A stretch of 63,889 nt of DNA, the filler included, from Acidimicrobiia bacterium (GTDB lineage: Bacteria > Actinomycetota > Acidimicrobiia > Spongiisociales > JAHEDJ01), in assembly GCA_029210695.1 (NCBI GenBank). It is 4 parts of 4 records of this genome, joined end to end, with 100 filler letters (N's around TTAATTAATTAA, not from the genome) between each part and the next. Parts side by side here need not be neighbours in the genome. Positions count along the whole stretch, not along the records: positions 52,423 to 63,889 come from JARGFH010000085.1; 3 more parts are not named here. One strand, written 5' to 3'. A program made the translations under genes and the position numbers. Of the stretch, positions 62,310-63,889 are shown piece after piece. Numbering within the stretch: position 1 is the first letter of the stretch; every line of letters starts with the position of its first letter. Under the pieces are notes generated by a model that was given only the letters and a program-made list of their open reading frames with translations, was not told the DNA's origin and searched no databases.

Positions 62310-63181
62310 CCGACCAAACGGGCAGGCGGTTCTCCAGCGTCTGGCCGATCTGGGCCTGGATCATGGTCGCCTTCGCTCTGGTTGTGACGGGGGTGGGCGT
62401 CGTCGGTGGGGTGTTCCCACGCTCATTGCTCCTCGACCTCATCTCGTTCTGGCCGGGGCTCATCCTCGTGATGTTGGTTGCTGCTGCTTTGTACCCCTTT
62501 CACCGCGGGCAATGGTCGCGGTTGGCTGCCGTAGTGCCGCTGCTCGTGCTGTCGTGGCTCGGCTCGACGATTGCACTGCACCTGGCTGAGTGGAGTGTCT
62601 TGCCCTCGGCGGCGGCGGACTTCAATGGGCCTGCGGTCGCCGGCGTAGGCGAAGCGAGGATGACGGTGGTCACGGGGGGCGAGTTGTTGGTCTTCTTCTC
62701 GGATTCCTCGTACCTGTATGAGGTGCAGACGATCAGAAAAGGAGGCTCGACTCCGGCCCCCCGTGGCCTGGAACGGGTCGACGGTGCCCGCGCCCAGGTC
62801 ACGATCGACGAACGAGACCCGGAGACCTGGTTCCTTGCCAGAGGATGGAGGGTGCGGCTCAGCGCCGACGCTTTTTGGAGCGTCGATCTCGAGGCGGGTG
62901 AGATGGAGGCAGATCTGAGCGGCGGGAGGATTGCTTCTCTACGATTGGCGGGAGCCGGTGACGTTCTCCTCCCGGAACCGGTGGCCGAGGTCGAAATCAT
63001 CGTGGACGGCAGGTTCGCACTGGATCTTCCTGCGGGAGTGGCAATGCGAGTGTCCGGCACTGAGGTAACGGTACCGGCCAACTGGACCGGTGGTGACGGC
63101 GAATGGGCGTCGCCGGGAACGGGGGATGGCTACATCGTGACGGTAACGAGTGGGGCAACACTGGTGGTCAAAGACGCATGA
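62306..63181 (+). CDS. Hypothetical membrane protein (LiaF-like: TMs plus beta domain)
   Basis: 3 TM helices with FWP motif, beta-rich C-terminus; overlapping start/stop. Confidence 0.55.
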   Translation: MTDQTGRRFSSVWPIWAWIMVAFALVVTGVGVVGGVFPRSLLLDLISFWPGLILVMLVAAALYPFHRGQWSRLAAVVPLLVLSWLGSTIALHLAEWSVLPSAAADFNGPAVAGVGEARMTVVTGGELLVFFSDSSYLYEVQTIRKGGSTPAPRGLERVDGARAQVTIDERDPETWFLARGWRVRLSADAFWSVDLEAGEMEADLSGGRIASLRLAGAGDVLLPEPVAEVEIIVDGRFALDLPAGVAMRVSGTEVTVPANWTGGDGEWASPGTGDGYIVTVTSGATLVVKDA

Positions 63182-63813
63182 CCTCCTCCCCGACGCCGTA
63201 TGAGCGAATCCGAAATGCAGGCGTTGTGATCTGGGCGGGCCTCGGCGGGTTCGCCGTACTCGCCCTGTTCACGTGGTTGCTCATTCAGATACGCATCATC
63301 TGGTCGCCGGTGGTGTTCGCCGTCGCCATCGTCTACATCCTCAATCCGCTCGTCAATCGCCTTGAACAGCGTCGCATTCATCGGGCGTTCGGGTCCTGTG
63401 TCTCGTATCTCCTCCTCGTGTCGGTATTGACCGCGGTTGGATTCCTGGTCATCCCGATCATTCGCAGTCAGGCTGTGGCGTTGACCGAAGAAGTACCGGT
63501 CATCGTCGATCAAGTGACGGTGGCGGTTCAGGAGCTCGCCGACCGTTTAGGTGTGAGCATCGAGATGCCCGGTTTCGACACGATTCGTAACTGGTTCTCG
63601 GAGACCGACAACCAGCAACGTCTCACCGAACTTGCCTCTGGAGTGTTCGACGTGGCCGCAACGGTGGTCGAAGCGCTGCTGCTCTTCCTGCTGGCGCCGG
63701 TGCTGGCGTTCTACATCCTCATCGGCGCGCCATCGACCCGGAGAGCTGCGACGGAGTTGGTTCCGGCTGATCTACGCGATGAGGTTGTATACGTGGCGGG
63801 CCTGATCGGCAAG
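63178..63813 (+). pseudogene. AI-2E family transporter interrupted by IS3
   Basis: YILNPLVNRLE, PVLAFYIL; frame stops at the IS terminal TGA after ~212 aa. Confidence 0.8.
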
Positions 63814-63889
63814 TGAACCGCCCTGGGTTTGATGGAGACTCGGTTGTTTGGTTTCCAAGTCATCCGGTAGTGGTCAGTTGAGCGTAGTG
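63814..63889 (-). mobile_element. IS3-family (IS6110-like) terminal IR
   Basis: TGAACCGCCCTGGGTTTGATGGAGAC terminus; 76 nt at contig end. Confidence 0.8.

Overview
High-GC actinobacterial DNA, probably Acidimicrobiia-like (inferred from mihF, DUF3263/LytR-C genes, helicase-degenerate PriA and leaderless promoters). The window is four contigs joined by artificial 100-nt N/TTAATTAATTAA linkers (17439-17538, 34918-35017, 52323-52422). Their lengths decrease in order and most end in ~76-nt IS termini, so adjacency across gaps has no biological meaning. Contig 1 (1-17438) is a protease/surface cluster (HtpX, two S8 subtilases, S1 protease, lipoprotein, broken vapC, giant Ig-repeat protein) bracketed by inverted identical ISL3 ends. 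Contig 2 (17539-34917) is the core aro-efp-nusB-pyr-car-mihF-gmk-rpoZ-coaBC-metK-priA cluster, with no pyrB. Contig 3 (35018-52322) is a mobilisable defence island: MobF relaxase, type III-like R-M, a DUF5131/TcmP/HNH-GIY-YIG module, Fic, and an AbiE toxin-antitoxin operon. That operon carries a group II intron that appears to insert right after the ATG start codon and to end in its own ATG, which is the top finding. Contig 4 (52423-63889) is a decayed tRNA-Thr island end with an ECF sigma module, vapBC, duplicated membrane genes and core genes. All family assignments come from motif recognition by eye; no database searches were run.
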